From an uncultured Chlamydiae bacterium (GTDB taxonomy: Bacteria; Chlamydiota; Chlamydiia; Chlamydiales; SM23-39), in assembly GCA_963730605.1 (NCBI GenBank), contig CAVSSM010000009.1, positions 128,001-192,000 on the forward strand: DNA of 64,000 nt, in the 5' to 3' direction. Below the pieces are notes generated by a model. That model searched no databases. It was not told the DNA's origin and worked only from the letters and a program-made list of their open reading frames with translations. The number at the start of each line of letters is the position of its first letter. The stretch's first letter is position 1. A program made the position numbers and the translations under genes. Shown here piece by piece: positions 19,328 through 28,947 of this stretch.

Positions 19328-19456
19328 TTATTTCTCAACGCTTTCAGCTTCCGGTTCGACCTGTGCTTTAGAAATGACGTAGCCTCGGCTGTGATTCCCG
19401 TCGCTGCACCCTGTGATCAGGAAACATAAACCCATTATGGCCAGTACCTTCATCAT
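19328..19456 (-). CDS. Small (42 aa) predicted lipoprotein
   Basis: Manual translation MMKVLAIMGLCFLITGCSDGNHSRGYVISKAQVEPEAESVEK; lipobox ITG-C; GGGGG RBS-like tract upstream. Confidence 0.65.
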   Translation of the reverse strand: MMKVLAIMGLCFLITGCSDGNHSRGYVISKAQVEPEAESVEK

Positions 19457-19501
19457 TATCTATTCCCCCCAAAAAATGCACATTAACCGTGAATTGCCCG
19501 C

Positions 19502-20614
19502 TTGTCTATAAAAAACTATTCAAGAACGAGCCCCTGCCTTTCGCGGATTAAAGAAAGGACCCTTTTGACCGGTCCAACTTCTACAAAGAAAACCTATCAT
19601 ATCGTTTTGGAAATCGAACGGGGCCAATTTCTCTACAAGGTTGGCGACAGCATAGGGGTTGTTGTCCAGAACGATCCTGAAGAGGTCGATGCGATCCTGG
19701 AAAAATTGCGATGCTCTGGAGCCGAGACGATTTTCGATCCAAGAGAAAACGTCTCTTCATCGATCCGAGACTATCTGATCCATAAAGCCAACATCAGCCG
19801 CGCACCTAACCCATTTTTTAGGTTGCTAAGCGGGCAAGACCCTTTGCTTCTTCCAGAAAACAAAGCAAAGTTGTCTGAATTTCTCCATACCCATACCTTG
19901 CTCGATTTGAGTGGAATGTATCCACTGCCGGATCTCTCCTCGATCACAAAATTGATGCCGCTTCTCCCCCGTTTCTATTCGATTGCAAATTCAGCTCTCG
20001 TATTTCCCGATGAGATTCATCTGACCGTCGCCTATGTGACTTATGTTGCCAATGGTCAAATCCGCAAAGGGATCGGCAGCTATTTCCTCTGCAGCTTTGC
20101 CTTGGAAAGCATTACCCCTATCCCGATTTATCTTCAGCCGTCGAACCACTTTGCTCTTCCTGACGACGCGGGAGCTTCGATCATTCTCGTTGGCCCCGGC
20201 ACAGGCATTGCGCCTTTTCGCGCCTTCTTGCAAGAGCGGCTCGCTTTGAGCGCCTCGGGGCGCAGTTGGCTCTTTTTCGGGGAAAGGAATCGAGCAACGG
20301 ATTTTTACTATGAATCCTTTTTCACCGAGCTCGCAAAGGCCGGCCGCCTTAGGCTGGACCTTGCCTTTTCTCGCGACTCTGCCGAAAAGACCTATGTCCA
20401 ACACAGAATGTACGAAGAGAGAAAAAGCCTCTGGGCTTGGCTCCAAGAAGGGGCCTATTTTTATGTCTGCGGAGATGCGGAAGAGATGGCTAAGGACGTC
20501 GACGCGATGCTCCACCGGATCGCGCGGGAAGTTGGGGGCATGACGGAAGAGGAGTCTCGCCTCTACGTCAAGCGGCTCCGCGCCGAAAAACGATATCTCA
20601 CCGATGTCTATTAA
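19502..20614 (+). CDS. cysJ: Sulfite reductase flavoprotein-like oxidoreductase (FAD/NADPH domains, no flavodoxin domain)
   Basis: PRFYSIA, GPGTGIAPFRAF, LFFGER, AFSRD, YVCGDA, RYLTDVY. Confidence 0.85.
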   Translation: MSIKNYSRTSPCLSRIKERTLLTGPTSTKKTYHIVLEIERGQFLYKVGDSIGVVVQNDPEEVDAILEKLRCSGAETIFDPRENVSSSIRDYLIHKANISRAPNPFFRLLSGQDPLLLPENKAKLSEFLHTHTLLDLSGMYPLPDLSSITKLMPLLPRFYSIANSALVFPDEIHLTVAYVTYVANGQIRKGIGSYFLCSFALESITPIPIYLQPSNHFALPDDAGASIILVGPGTGIAPFRAFLQERLALSASGRSWLFFGERNRATDFYYESFFTELAKAGRLRLDLAFSRDSAEKTYVQHRMYEERKSLWAWLQEGAYFYVCGDAEEMAKDVDAMLHRIAREVGGMTEEESRLYVKRLRAEKRYLTDVY

Positions 20615-21576
20615 TATTTATATTGAAAAGAATTGATGAATAGTGTAAAATGAAAGTTATTTGTAATGAAATTTGATAAAAATTTATGACAGTCAATAAA
20701 ATTATTAATAATAACAATCCTGTTCCTCAGGTTGCAGTCCAGGCTCCAAACCATGGGAGTGCAAAAAAGAAAGAGAATTTTTTCTGGAAGAGGCCTCTTC
20801 TCTATACCGCTCTTACAGTCGCAGGCGCAGCAGGCATCCTCTTTTCTGCAAATGGATGGGGATCGTCGCCGATACCACCGTCAAAAGAACCGACGCCGCA
20901 ACCAAAACCCGATCCAGGGTTGGAGCCTAATAGTGGTATGAAAGCCGTAGCTAAAGTCGATATTTTGAAGAATAAACAACAAAATCATCTGACAAAGCTT
21001 AATACATTAGCACGAGCAGGACACTGGCAGCATCTGCAAATGCACACGGATCACCCGGATAGTGGTTTTGATTGGTGGATGTTTCCGATTGATCGAGCAA
21101 GCACCGGTTATGGAGACCAATATCGAGTCAGCCAAAGCGATATTGAGACTCTCACGAAAGATCCCATTTTTATGAACAATTACAGAAATGGCGTGCTTCT
21201 TGTAGCGAAATCTTGGGGCTGGGATCTTGAGCGCCGAAAAGATGTAACAAATAAGGTTCAAAAATGGACAAACTACCAGGTTCGATTGGGTAAAATGCTC
21301 GATTCATTGAGGCTTTTCAAACAGGATGATCTTCGAATTGCTATTACGGACTTCATTGATCAAAAGGGCATTGGTCCAACATTAGAGCCCTGGATTCAAA
21401 GACTGCTTTTCAAGACCCATAATTGAAAATGTCCTTTCTGCTGTATGTTAATGTAATTTTTTATAAGGTGGCAACAAAGCCGGTGAGAATGGCAATGCGG
21501 AGCCGGTGCAACCAACCAAGGAGCCGTCGTCGCTAGAGTCGAGCGCGAATTGTCAGGGAGATTGCTTGAAGATAAT
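20418..21576 (+). repeat. Long direct repeat, copy 1 (1159 bp), abutting the IS1634 left end
   Basis: Sequence recurs at 23404-24560. Confidence 0.95.
20686..21426 (+). CDS. Hypothetical membrane-anchored effector-like protein, copy 1
   Basis: AT-rich upstream region; Asn-rich N-terminus, one TM segment, Pro-rich linker, then a globular domain with HxDH..GFDWWMFP. Confidence 0.8.
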   Translation: MTVNKIINNNNPVPQVAVQAPNHGSAKKKENFFWKRPLLYTALTVAGAAGILFSANGWGSSPIPPSKEPTPQPKPDPGLEPNSGMKAVAKVDILKNKQQNHLTKLNTLARAGHWQHLQMHTDHPDSGFDWWMFPIDRASTGYGDQYRVSQSDIETLTKDPIFMNNYRNGVLLVAKSWGWDLERRKDVTNKVQKWTNYQVRLGKMLDSLRLFKQDDLRIAITDFIDQKGIGPTLEPWIQRLLFKTHN

Positions 21577-23403
21577 CCTGACTTTGACACTTGTTAGGAT
21601 AAGTCATTAGATTACAAATAGATAAGAACGAAAATTTAGGCACAACATCCGTTGTTCATTCCGGTTGTGCGTTCTGCTGAAATTCCCAATGCTACGAAAA
21701 TATTCTCAGCATCCTCAGGGAGACTGGATTCCATTTTTCCTTGTTTGTCTGTGGTTGAGTCTTTGAAATACATCGTATGAACTTTTGAGAGAGAGTACCT
21801 GATTCTATCCGGCGTAAGCGGCGTGCTTTTCTGTCGTAGGAGAACCTCCAAAAATCTCTCGAAAAATAGGGTAATAAAACAGAGGAGGATGTGGGCTTGG
21901 ATTCTGTGTGGTGCCCAATGAAAAATAGGTCTGGTTTTAAGAGTGGATTTAGCCACGCGAAATGTCTCTTCAACATGCCAGAGGTCTCGGTAGCGCCCCA
22001 GCGCTTCTGTCGTATTCAACTTTGCACTATTCGAAACTGCAATCCCATGAAAACCATCCCAGGCAGCATCGGCATCTATCGCTGCTTGATTGAGAGAGAT
22101 CGACGAACCAGTTTTAACGGTAGTATATTTTTTATAACCTGCATTACTGATCACTTTTTTAAGGGAGGCTTCGTTTGGAGAATCGGTTATTTTATTGTGC
22201 AGTTTTTGCAATAGCCGTTCTCGGTCCTGTTTGTCCTTTGTTGCTCTGCTTGGACTGTACGTTGCAATCAGTAGGGCATCCTCATACTGGGGATGCTCCA
22301 TAGTGCGAACTAAAACTCGCTCAGCCTCCGGGATGCCGTCTTGGTTGGGCAGAGGGACATAAGCTGATAGGTCATTGATTTTGAGTTTTTTCGAGATGGA
22401 ACGGAGTTTTGTAGCAATGACGTAATGAAACTGAGCAGCTCGGAGAGCTTGGACGTTTGCACTACTTGCCAGCCCTCTATCGCAAACCACAGTCACGTTC
22501 TGAACAGAGAAACGACTCCTCAGCGACTCGAGTACGGGGATGAGTGTTTTTGTCTCTGCTAGATTGCCCTTGAAGGTATCGTAAGCAAGTGGCAGTCCCT
22601 CTTGATCAACAACGAGAGCCAAAACGATCTGTACGTTGTGATGTTTTTGATCTTTGCTAAAGCCAAAATCCTTGAGTTCATCTTGCGTTATACTCTCGAA
22701 ATACAGTGTTGTTACATCGAAGAAAAAGCAATCAACTTGGCAACTATTTATGGAACAAGCAGATTTAAATGCCTGTTCTTGAATCTGACCATTCAATGGC
22801 TCGATCGTGTCCATTGCCCGATAGAGATGATGCAAATCGATCCCCTCGAAACCATGGTCCACTTGACGCTCGTATGTTCGTAGTTTACTGCTGGGTAAAT
22901 CGAGACGTTGGGTGATCATCAGTTTGATTGTCTCTTCGAGATCGAACTCGTTTTTCCCCTGAGCTTCTCGAAGGATCTTGGAAAACCCTGTCAGCTGCAT
23001 CAGTCTGCTAACGACAGTCCCGAACCCATCGTAAACCGTCATGGTATGAAAGAGCTTGCTGATCTCAACTTTAGGAGCGACAGAGAGCCCCTGCTCTTCG
23101 ATTTTCCGAATTAAACTCTCAGCCAACTTCAAAAGGTTCTTCAGGTTTTTTTGATCGTTGACAATGCCGAGAGATGCAACTACTCGCTGCCTAACTTTTT
23201 TCCCCTCCCGAATGCCTTCAACAATCTGGAGAGTAGAGTGCCTTGAGCTCTTTGACGACTTGAGTCTTACATACATGGCACAACAATGTACTACAAAATT
23301 ATATTTATGAAAATAAAATTATTTAGGCACAACATATTTTTTCGATAGATATTGAGAATCAAATTCTTATGTGTTTTTAGGTGATCAAAGTGTCAAAGTC
23401 AGG
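21577..23403 (-). mobile_element. IS1634-family insertion sequence
   Basis: 16-bp TIR CCTGACTTTGACACTT / AAGTGTCAAAGTCAGG enclosing a 546-aa DDE transposase. Confidence 0.9.
21636..23276 (-). CDS. IS1634-family transposase
   Basis: FFDVTTLYFE, FGFSKD, VVCDRG, YRDLWHVEETFR..KS.L..RPIFHW...RIQAH. Confidence 0.92.
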   Translation of the reverse strand: MYVRLKSSKSSRHSTLQIVEGIREGKKVRQRVVASLGIVNDQKNLKNLLKLAESLIRKIEEQGLSVAPKVEISKLFHTMTVYDGFGTVVSRLMQLTGFSKILREAQGKNEFDLEETIKLMITQRLDLPSSKLRTYERQVDHGFEGIDLHHLYRAMDTIEPLNGQIQEQAFKSACSINSCQVDCFFFDVTTLYFESITQDELKDFGFSKDQKHHNVQIVLALVVDQEGLPLAYDTFKGNLAETKTLIPVLESLRSRFSVQNVTVVCDRGLASSANVQALRAAQFHYVIATKLRSISKKLKINDLSAYVPLPNQDGIPEAERVLVRTMEHPQYEDALLIATYSPSRATKDKQDRERLLQKLHNKITDSPNEASLKKVISNAGYKKYTTVKTGSSISLNQAAIDADAAWDGFHGIAVSNSAKLNTTEALGRYRDLWHVEETFRVAKSTLKTRPIFHWAPHRIQAHILLCFITLFFERFLEVLLRQKSTPLTPDRIRYSLSKVHTMYFKDSTTDKQGKMESSLPEDAENIFVALGISAERTTGMNNGCCA

Positions 23404-23598
23404 AGAGAAGAGGCCTCTGGGCTTGGCTCCAAGAAGGGGCCTATTTTTATGTCTGAGGAGATGCGGAAGAGATGGCTAAGAACATCGACACGATGCTCAC
23501 CGGATCGCGCGGGAAGTTGGGGGCATGACGGAAGAGGAGTCTCGCCTCACGTCAAGCGGCTTCGCGACGAAAAACGATATCTCACCGATGTCTATTAA
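23404..23598 (+). pseudogene. Duplicated 3' fragment of cysJ
   Basis: Copy of 20418-20614 with substitutions and two 1-bp deletions. Confidence 0.85.
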
Positions 23599-23669
23599 TA
23601 TTTATATTGAAAAGAATTGATGAATAGTGTAAAATGAAAGTTATTTGTAATGAAATTTGATAAAAATTT

Positions 23670-24410
23670 ATGACAGTCAATAAAATTATTAATAATAACA
23701 ATCCTGTTCCTCAGGTTGCAGTGCAGGCTCCAAACCATGGGAGTGCAAAAAAGAAAGAGAATTTTTTCTGGAAGAGGCCTCTTCTCTATACCGCTCTTAC
23801 AGTCGCAGGCGCAGCAGGCATCCTCTTTTCTGCAAATGGATGGGGATCGTCGCCGATACCACCGTCAAAAGAACCGACGCCGCAACCAAAACCCGATCCA
23901 GGGTTGGAGCCTAATAGTGGTATGAAAGCCGTAGCTAAAGTCGATATTTTGAAGAATAAACAACAAAATCATCTGACAAAGCTTAATACATTAGCACGAG
24001 CAGGACACTGGCAGCATCTGCAAATGCACACGGATCACCCGGATAGTGGTTTTGATTGGTGGATGTTTCCGATTGATCGAGCAAGCACCGGTTATGGAGA
24101 CCAATATCGAGTCAGCCAAAGCGATATTGAGACTCTCACGAAAGATCCCATTTTTATGAACAATTACAGAAATGGCGTGCTTCTTGTAGCGAAATCTTGG
24201 GGCTGGGATCTTGAGCGCCGAAAAGATGTAACAAATAAGGTTCAAAAATGGACAAACTACCAGGTTCGATTGGGTAAAATGCTCGATTCATTGAGGCTTT
24301 TCAAACAGGATGATCTTCGAATTGCTATTACGGACTTCATTGATCAAAAGGGCATTGGTCCAACATTAGAGCCCTGGATTCAAAGACTGCTTTTCAAGAC
24401 CCATAATTGA
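23670..24410 (+). CDS. Hypothetical membrane-anchored effector-like protein, copy 2
   Basis: Protein identical to 20686-21426. Confidence 0.8.
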   Translation: MTVNKIINNNNPVPQVAVQAPNHGSAKKKENFFWKRPLLYTALTVAGAAGILFSANGWGSSPIPPSKEPTPQPKPDPGLEPNSGMKAVAKVDILKNKQQNHLTKLNTLARAGHWQHLQMHTDHPDSGFDWWMFPIDRASTGYGDQYRVSQSDIETLTKDPIFMNNYRNGVLLVAKSWGWDLERRKDVTNKVQKWTNYQVRLGKMLDSLRLFKQDDLRIAITDFIDQKGIGPTLEPWIQRLLFKTHN

Positions 24411-24489
24411 AAATGTCCTTTCTGCTGTATGTTAATGTAATTTTTTATAAGGTGGCAACAAAGCCGGTGAGAATGGCAATGCGGAGCCG

Positions 24490-24819
24490 GTGCAACCAAC
24501 CAAGGAGCCGTCGTCGCTAGAGTCGAGCGCGAATTGTCAGGGAGATTGCTTGAAGATAATTGCTTTTTTTGAGGCGATTGAGCCTATGGATACTCTAGAA
24601 CAAGTAGAGAACCATTTAAAAAGCATGGATCCGAAAAAGATACCCGATGCATTTAAGGATAAGAACTTTGATTACGTAACGTTCGGTAAATTTTTCGCTC
24701 GAGATAATTGGGCCTCCAAACGACAAGACTGTCCCGATCTTATAAAGGTATGCCAGGTGCCAACCACACTTTGCGTTATGGATCAGGAACTCGGAGACTA
24801 TGAACCCCCTAGAGTGTAA
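24490..24819 (+). CDS. Hypothetical protein (start uncertain, possibly a remnant)
   Basis: 109-aa ORF with a GTG start; its 5' part lies inside the duplicated segment. Confidence 0.35.
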   Translation: MQPTKEPSSLESSANCQGDCLKIIAFFEAIEPMDTLEQVENHLKSMDPKKIPDAFKDKNFDYVTFGKFFARDNWASKRQDCPDLIKVCQVPTTLCVMDQELGDYEPPRV

Positions 24820-24925
24820 AAGTGTCAATCGATATGTTTTGAAAATTCTCAAAGAGGATTGTCCAATGGCAGCAATGCGTCGGGAAATATTGCCTAGGAA
24901 CATCAGCCGGATAGTGTAAATAATC

Positions 24926-25423
24926 CTACTCTTCCACTGTTGTCAGGATGCAGAAGCACATAAGTCCGTCGCCGCAGCCGAAGTCTGTCAGACCGTCTCC
25001 CGAGGTCGCGGTGATCCCAACTTGGTTTGGGCGGATGGCAAGAACGCGGGCAATTTTCTTCCGCATCGCTTCGATCTGATCTTCGAAGTAGGGGCGTTTC
25101 CCTTCGATCGTAATCGCGAGATGGACGATTTTCTGCGGATGCAAGGTTTGGAGCGCATGCTCCAGATAGACCTGGGAATCGGTAATCCCATCCTTGCGGC
25201 AAAGATCCCTTGCGATCCCTCCCAAAATCGGCACGCCAGAGAGCGACGTGATCGCATTGCAGACTGAGTGGTAGACGACGTCCCCATCGGAGTCTGCATC
25301 CAGTCCGGGCACTCCATCGAAAATCACCCCGCAGATAATACAGGGCTTCGATGAATCCGTTGGAAGAAACCGGTGGCTGTCCTGGCCGATGCCAGTACGG
25401 GTTATGGGGTGCTTGGTTTGCAT
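24926..25423 (-). CDS. ispF: 2-C-methyl-D-erythritol 2,4-cyclodiphosphate synthase
   Basis: RTGIGQDSHRF, ADSDGDVVYH, VGITATSGDGL. Confidence 0.92.
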   Translation of the reverse strand: MQTKHPITRTGIGQDSHRFLPTDSSKPCIICGVIFDGVPGLDADSDGDVVYHSVCNAITSLSGVPILGGIARDLCRKDGITDSQVYLEHALQTLHPQKIVHLAITIEGKRPYFEDQIEAMRKKIARVLAIRPNQVGITATSGDGLTDFGCGDGLMCFCILTTVEE

Positions 25424-25454
25424 GATCAGGAGATTATGGCATAATTGGGGTTAA

Positions 25455-26450
25455 ATGTCGCGCGCCCCTACCCTTCATATCTGTAATACCTTTTTTGAAA
25501 GCGAGCTTGAAAGCCCCATTGAAAAACCCTTGGGCGTCTGGATGCGCTCCCATCCTGTAGTACGGATGCTCCAAACCCTGCCCGTTCAATATGCCTCCTC
25601 GGAAGACCTGGTTCTCGTCTCCGATCTAATCGACGCCCCCCTGCGCGTCTGCAGGATCGAGGATTGGGGGGCATCGAGAGCCATTGCCGCCTGGGCGAAC
25701 GTTCGTGGAATCCCCTATTCGATGCCCGATTGGGAAACGGTCCAAACTGTTAATTCAAAAATTTTTTCCTTTTCCCATGCGCCGAAGCTGCCCTTTGCAT
25801 CGCTCTTCCAAAGCGAAAAAGAAGTTCTCGACTGGATCGAGAAGACCCCTGGGCGAAAAGTGTTGAAAACGGCCTTCGGCACTGCCGGGCGCGGCCACTT
25901 CCACATTCCTGGCAAAGGCGTAGCCAGTCAAAATTCACACAACCTAACGGAGCGCGGTATAGCCGCTTTTCTCAAAAGAGAGTTTGCAAAAGGCTTAAAA
26001 GTCATCGGAGAGCCTTGGGTCGAACGGACCCTCGACTTCAGCACGCAATGGAAGGATTCCGTATTGCTGGGCCAGGCCGTTTTTGAAAATGCAGAGAACG
26101 GCAGCTACCGCGCCACCTTGGCCGGGCCAAGGCATGAGATATTCGGCGCCTACGAATGGGCCCTTGAGGAGCACCTTGCAATGGCAAAACCTATTCTCGA
26201 GAAAGTGAGCAAGCTCGGATTTTTCGGCCATCTCGGAATCGATGCTTTTGTATACCGCTGGGAAGGCAAAGAGAGGGTGCAGCCCATCGTTGAAATCAAC
26301 GGCCGCAAAACGATGAGCTGGGCGGCGCTCCAAATCCAAGAAAAGAAATTTCCCGGCCGCCCCATGCGCTTCGCCTTTTCCCCCGAGCAAGGGGTCTCTA
26401 TAGACTTTTCTGAAGGCAACGGGCATCGTAGATATACACAAATGACGTAG
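25455..26450 (+). CDS. ATP-grasp fold protein (conserved chlamydial hypothetical)
   Basis: VNSK, VLKTAFGTAGRG, EPWVER..DFS, GHLGIDAF, EINGRKTM; divergent from ispF. Confidence 0.75.
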   Translation: MSRAPTLHICNTFFESELESPIEKPLGVWMRSHPVVRMLQTLPVQYASSEDLVLVSDLIDAPLRVCRIEDWGASRAIAAWANVRGIPYSMPDWETVQTVNSKIFSFSHAPKLPFASLFQSEKEVLDWIEKTPGRKVLKTAFGTAGRGHFHIPGKGVASQNSHNLTERGIAAFLKREFAKGLKVIGEPWVERTLDFSTQWKDSVLLGQAVFENAENGSYRATLAGPRHEIFGAYEWALEEHLAMAKPILEKVSKLGFFGHLGIDAFVYRWEGKERVQPIVEINGRKTMSWAALQIQEKKFPGRPMRFAFSPEQGVSIDFSEGNGHRRYTQMT

Positions 26451-26459
26451 AGACGTGAA

Positions 26460-27314
26460 ATGCATCGTTATCATCATTTGAATGAGGAAGAGAGGTGGAT
26501 CATCGAACAGCAGGGGACGGAATATCCGGGAACCGGCGTTTACAATGAGACCTCTCTTCCGGGAGTCTATGTATGCAAACGGTGCGATGCCCCTTTATTT
26601 CTCTCTTCCCAAAAGTTCCCCTCAAATTGCGGATGGCCAAGCTTCGATGGGGAGATTGCGGAAGCGGTGGAAAGAAGACCCGATCCCGATGGCGAAAGGA
26701 CGGAGATTCTCTGCCACCGCTGCCATGCCCATTTGGGCCATGTGTTCAAGGGTGAATGGCTCACGAAAAAAAACTTACGCCACTGCGTAAATTCTCTCTC
26801 GCTCCGGTTTGTCCCCGCCAAGACCGAGGAGGGCTATGAACGGGCTCTTTTTGCCGCCGGCTGTTTCTGGGGCGTGGAATATTACATGAAGGGGCTTCCC
26901 GGGGTGATCCGCACAAGCGTGGGGTTTACCGGAGGAGGGGTGGCCGATTCTACCTATGAAGAAGTGTGTACGGGCAAGACCGGACACGCCGAGGTAGTCG
27001 AAGTGGTCTTCGATTCCCATAAGACCGATTTCGAAAAGCTAGCAAAACTCTTTTTCGAGATCCACGATCCAACTCAGAAGATGCGGCAAGGGCCCGACAT
27101 CGGACCTCAATACCGCTCCGCAATCTTCTATCTGACGGAAGAGCAAAAGGAGATAGCGCATGCTTTGATCGAGATGTTGTGTCGGAAAAAACTCCAAATC
27201 GAAACGGAAGTTGTTCCCGCCGGGCCATTTTATCTAGCAGAAGAGTACCATCAGGATTATTACGGCAAAAATGGACAAGAGCCCTACTGCCACAGAAGAG
27301 TTTTTCGTTTCTGA
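26460..27314 (+). CDS. msrAB: Bifunctional methionine sulfoxide reductase (MsrB-MsrA)
   Basis: CGWPSF, HLGHVF, RHCVNS (MsrB); [18 protein letters not shown] (MsrA). Confidence 0.95.
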   Translation: MHRYHHLNEEERWIIEQQGTEYPGTGVYNETSLPGVYVCKRCDAPLFLSSQKFPSNCGWPSFDGEIAEAVERRPDPDGERTEILCHRCHAHLGHVFKGEWLTKKNLRHCVNSLSLRFVPAKTEEGYERALFAAGCFWGVEYYMKGLPGVIRTSVGFTGGGVADSTYEEVCTGKTGHAEVVEVVFDSHKTDFEKLAKLFFEIHDPTQKMRQGPDIGPQYRSAIFYLTEEQKEIAHALIEMLCRKKLQIETEVVPAGPFYLAEEYHQDYYGKNGQEPYCHRRVFRF

Positions 27315-27367
27315 GAGTCTTCGAAAATATAGAGAAAAAATTCGCGTTTGTATGATCATGGGTTTAT

Positions 27368-27526
27368 GAGCCTATCCGCAAAGTGGAATAAAAAGTCTAC
27401 GGGATCTTTTGAGCGCTTTTTGCGCTTTCTCCTCGGCAAGGCTTCTAGCCTTCCCTTCGGCTCCAATCGCAAAAATCATCTCAAAATCTCTGCGTATCTT
27501 TTTCACTCTACTTTGCGGATAGGCTC
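27368..27526. mobile_element. MITE inserted into the murA start codon
   Basis: 17-bp TIR GAGCCTATCCGCAAAGT / ACTTTGCGGATAGGCTC; AT duplicated on both sides, and the right-hand AT begins the murA ATG. Confidence 0.88.
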
Positions 27527-28936
27527 ATGGACCAATTAAAAGTGCGGGGAGGGAAACCTCTTCAAGGGCAGATTGCAGCCGCGGGCGCAAAGAACGCAAT
27601 CACCAAACTCCTCGTCGCATCGCTTCTTTCGGACAAGAAATGCACCTTTTATAACGTCCCAAATATCGGCGATGTAGAGATCACCGTCAACCTTTGCCGG
27701 GAAATCGGCTCAAGAGTCGAATGGGATAAAAAAAACAAGACGATCCAGATTTTCACCCCCGAATTGAAAACGTCCTACGTCCCTCAGCGCTATTCGGGAT
27801 CCAACCGCATCCCGATCTTGATGATCGGCGCCATGCTCGGGCGAACGGATGAAGATATCATCGTTCCGACGATCGGCGGCGATCTGATCGGCGCGCGCCC
27901 TGTCGACCTTCATATCCACGCCCTCCAAAAACTGGGAGCCACGATCGAGTACCGCGAAATGAAAAAGGAAGGGGCCTATTTCGCCCAAGCTCACGAGGGA
28001 TTGAAAGGTTCGGTCATCGAGCTCTTCTATCCTTCAGTCGGCGCAACGGAAAATACCATCCTGGCAGCAGTGAGAGCGAAGGGGACGACTCTCATTAAGA
28101 ATGCCGCAATCGAGCCTGAGATCATCGATCTCATCCTTTTCTTGCAAAAACTCGGCGCGAACATCATGGTCGACGTCGACCGAACCATCCGGATCCAAGA
28201 GGCCCATGAATTCCATGAGGTCGAACATACGGTTCTACCTGACCGGAATGAAATCGCATCCTACGCGATGGCGGCGATCGCCACAAAAGGGCGGGTTTTC
28301 ATCGAGGGGGCAGAACACCTCCACATGATCGCCTTCCTCAACAAAATCCGGGAAATCGGAGGCGGTTTCACCGTAAAAAAAACGGGGATCGAATTCTTCC
28401 ATGAAGGCCCCCTTCGAGGAGGGCTCCATCTCGAAACCGACGTCCATCCAGGATTCATGACTGATTGGCAGCAGCCCTTCGTGGTCCTTTTGACCCAAAC
28501 GAAAGGCGCATCGGTCATCCACGAAACCGTCTACGAAAACCGGTTCGGGTACACGCAGACGCTCAAAGAAATGGGAGCGGACATCGAACTTTTCACCCAG
28601 TGCCTGGGGGGGAGGCTCTGCCGTTTCGCCTCAAACAATCACCTCCACAGCCTTGTCATCAAAGGGCCGACTCCACTGCAAGGACGCGAAATCTGGATCC
28701 CCGATTTGCGCGCAGGGTTCGCCTACATCATGGCCGCTCTCCTCGCATCCCAAGAAAGCGTCGTCAGCAACGTCGAATTTTTGGACCGAGGCTATGAAGA
28801 CCTTGCCGGCAAGCTCTCCTCCCTTGGGGCGGAGATCACTCGGCATGCGGGACCCAAAAAATGTAAAACCGCTTTACATACCCTCGCGGACACCCCCTTC
28901 GCGGATAAGATTGACATCGGCATTGCGGTACCCTAA
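27527..28936 (+). CDS. murA: UDP-N-acetylglucosamine 1-carboxyvinyltransferase (Asp-type)
   Basis: GAKNA, GGDLIGARPVDLH, PSVGATEN, PGFMTDWQ, DLRAG, DRGYE. Confidence 0.96.
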   Translation: MDQLKVRGGKPLQGQIAAAGAKNAITKLLVASLLSDKKCTFYNVPNIGDVEITVNLCREIGSRVEWDKKNKTIQIFTPELKTSYVPQRYSGSNRIPILMIGAMLGRTDEDIIVPTIGGDLIGARPVDLHIHALQKLGATIEYREMKKEGAYFAQAHEGLKGSVIELFYPSVGATENTILAAVRAKGTTLIKNAAIEPEIIDLILFLQKLGANIMVDVDRTIRIQEAHEFHEVEHTVLPDRNEIASYAMAAIATKGRVFIEGAEHLHMIAFLNKIREIGGGFTVKKTGIEFFHEGPLRGGLHLETDVHPGFMTDWQQPFVVLLTQTKGASVIHETVYENRFGYTQTLKEMGADIELFTQCLGGRLCRFASNNHLHSLVIKGPTPLQGREIWIPDLRAGFAYIMAALLASQESVVSNVEFLDRGYEDLAGKLSSLGAEITRHAGPKKCKTALHTLADTPFADKIDIGIAVP

Positions 28937-28947
28937 AATCGTCCCCC

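Larger units (their letters stand above)
23404..24560 (+). repeat. Long direct repeat, copy 2 (1157 bp), abutting the IS1634 right end
   Basis: Matches 20418-21576; differences are concentrated in the first ~190 bp. Confidence 0.95.
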
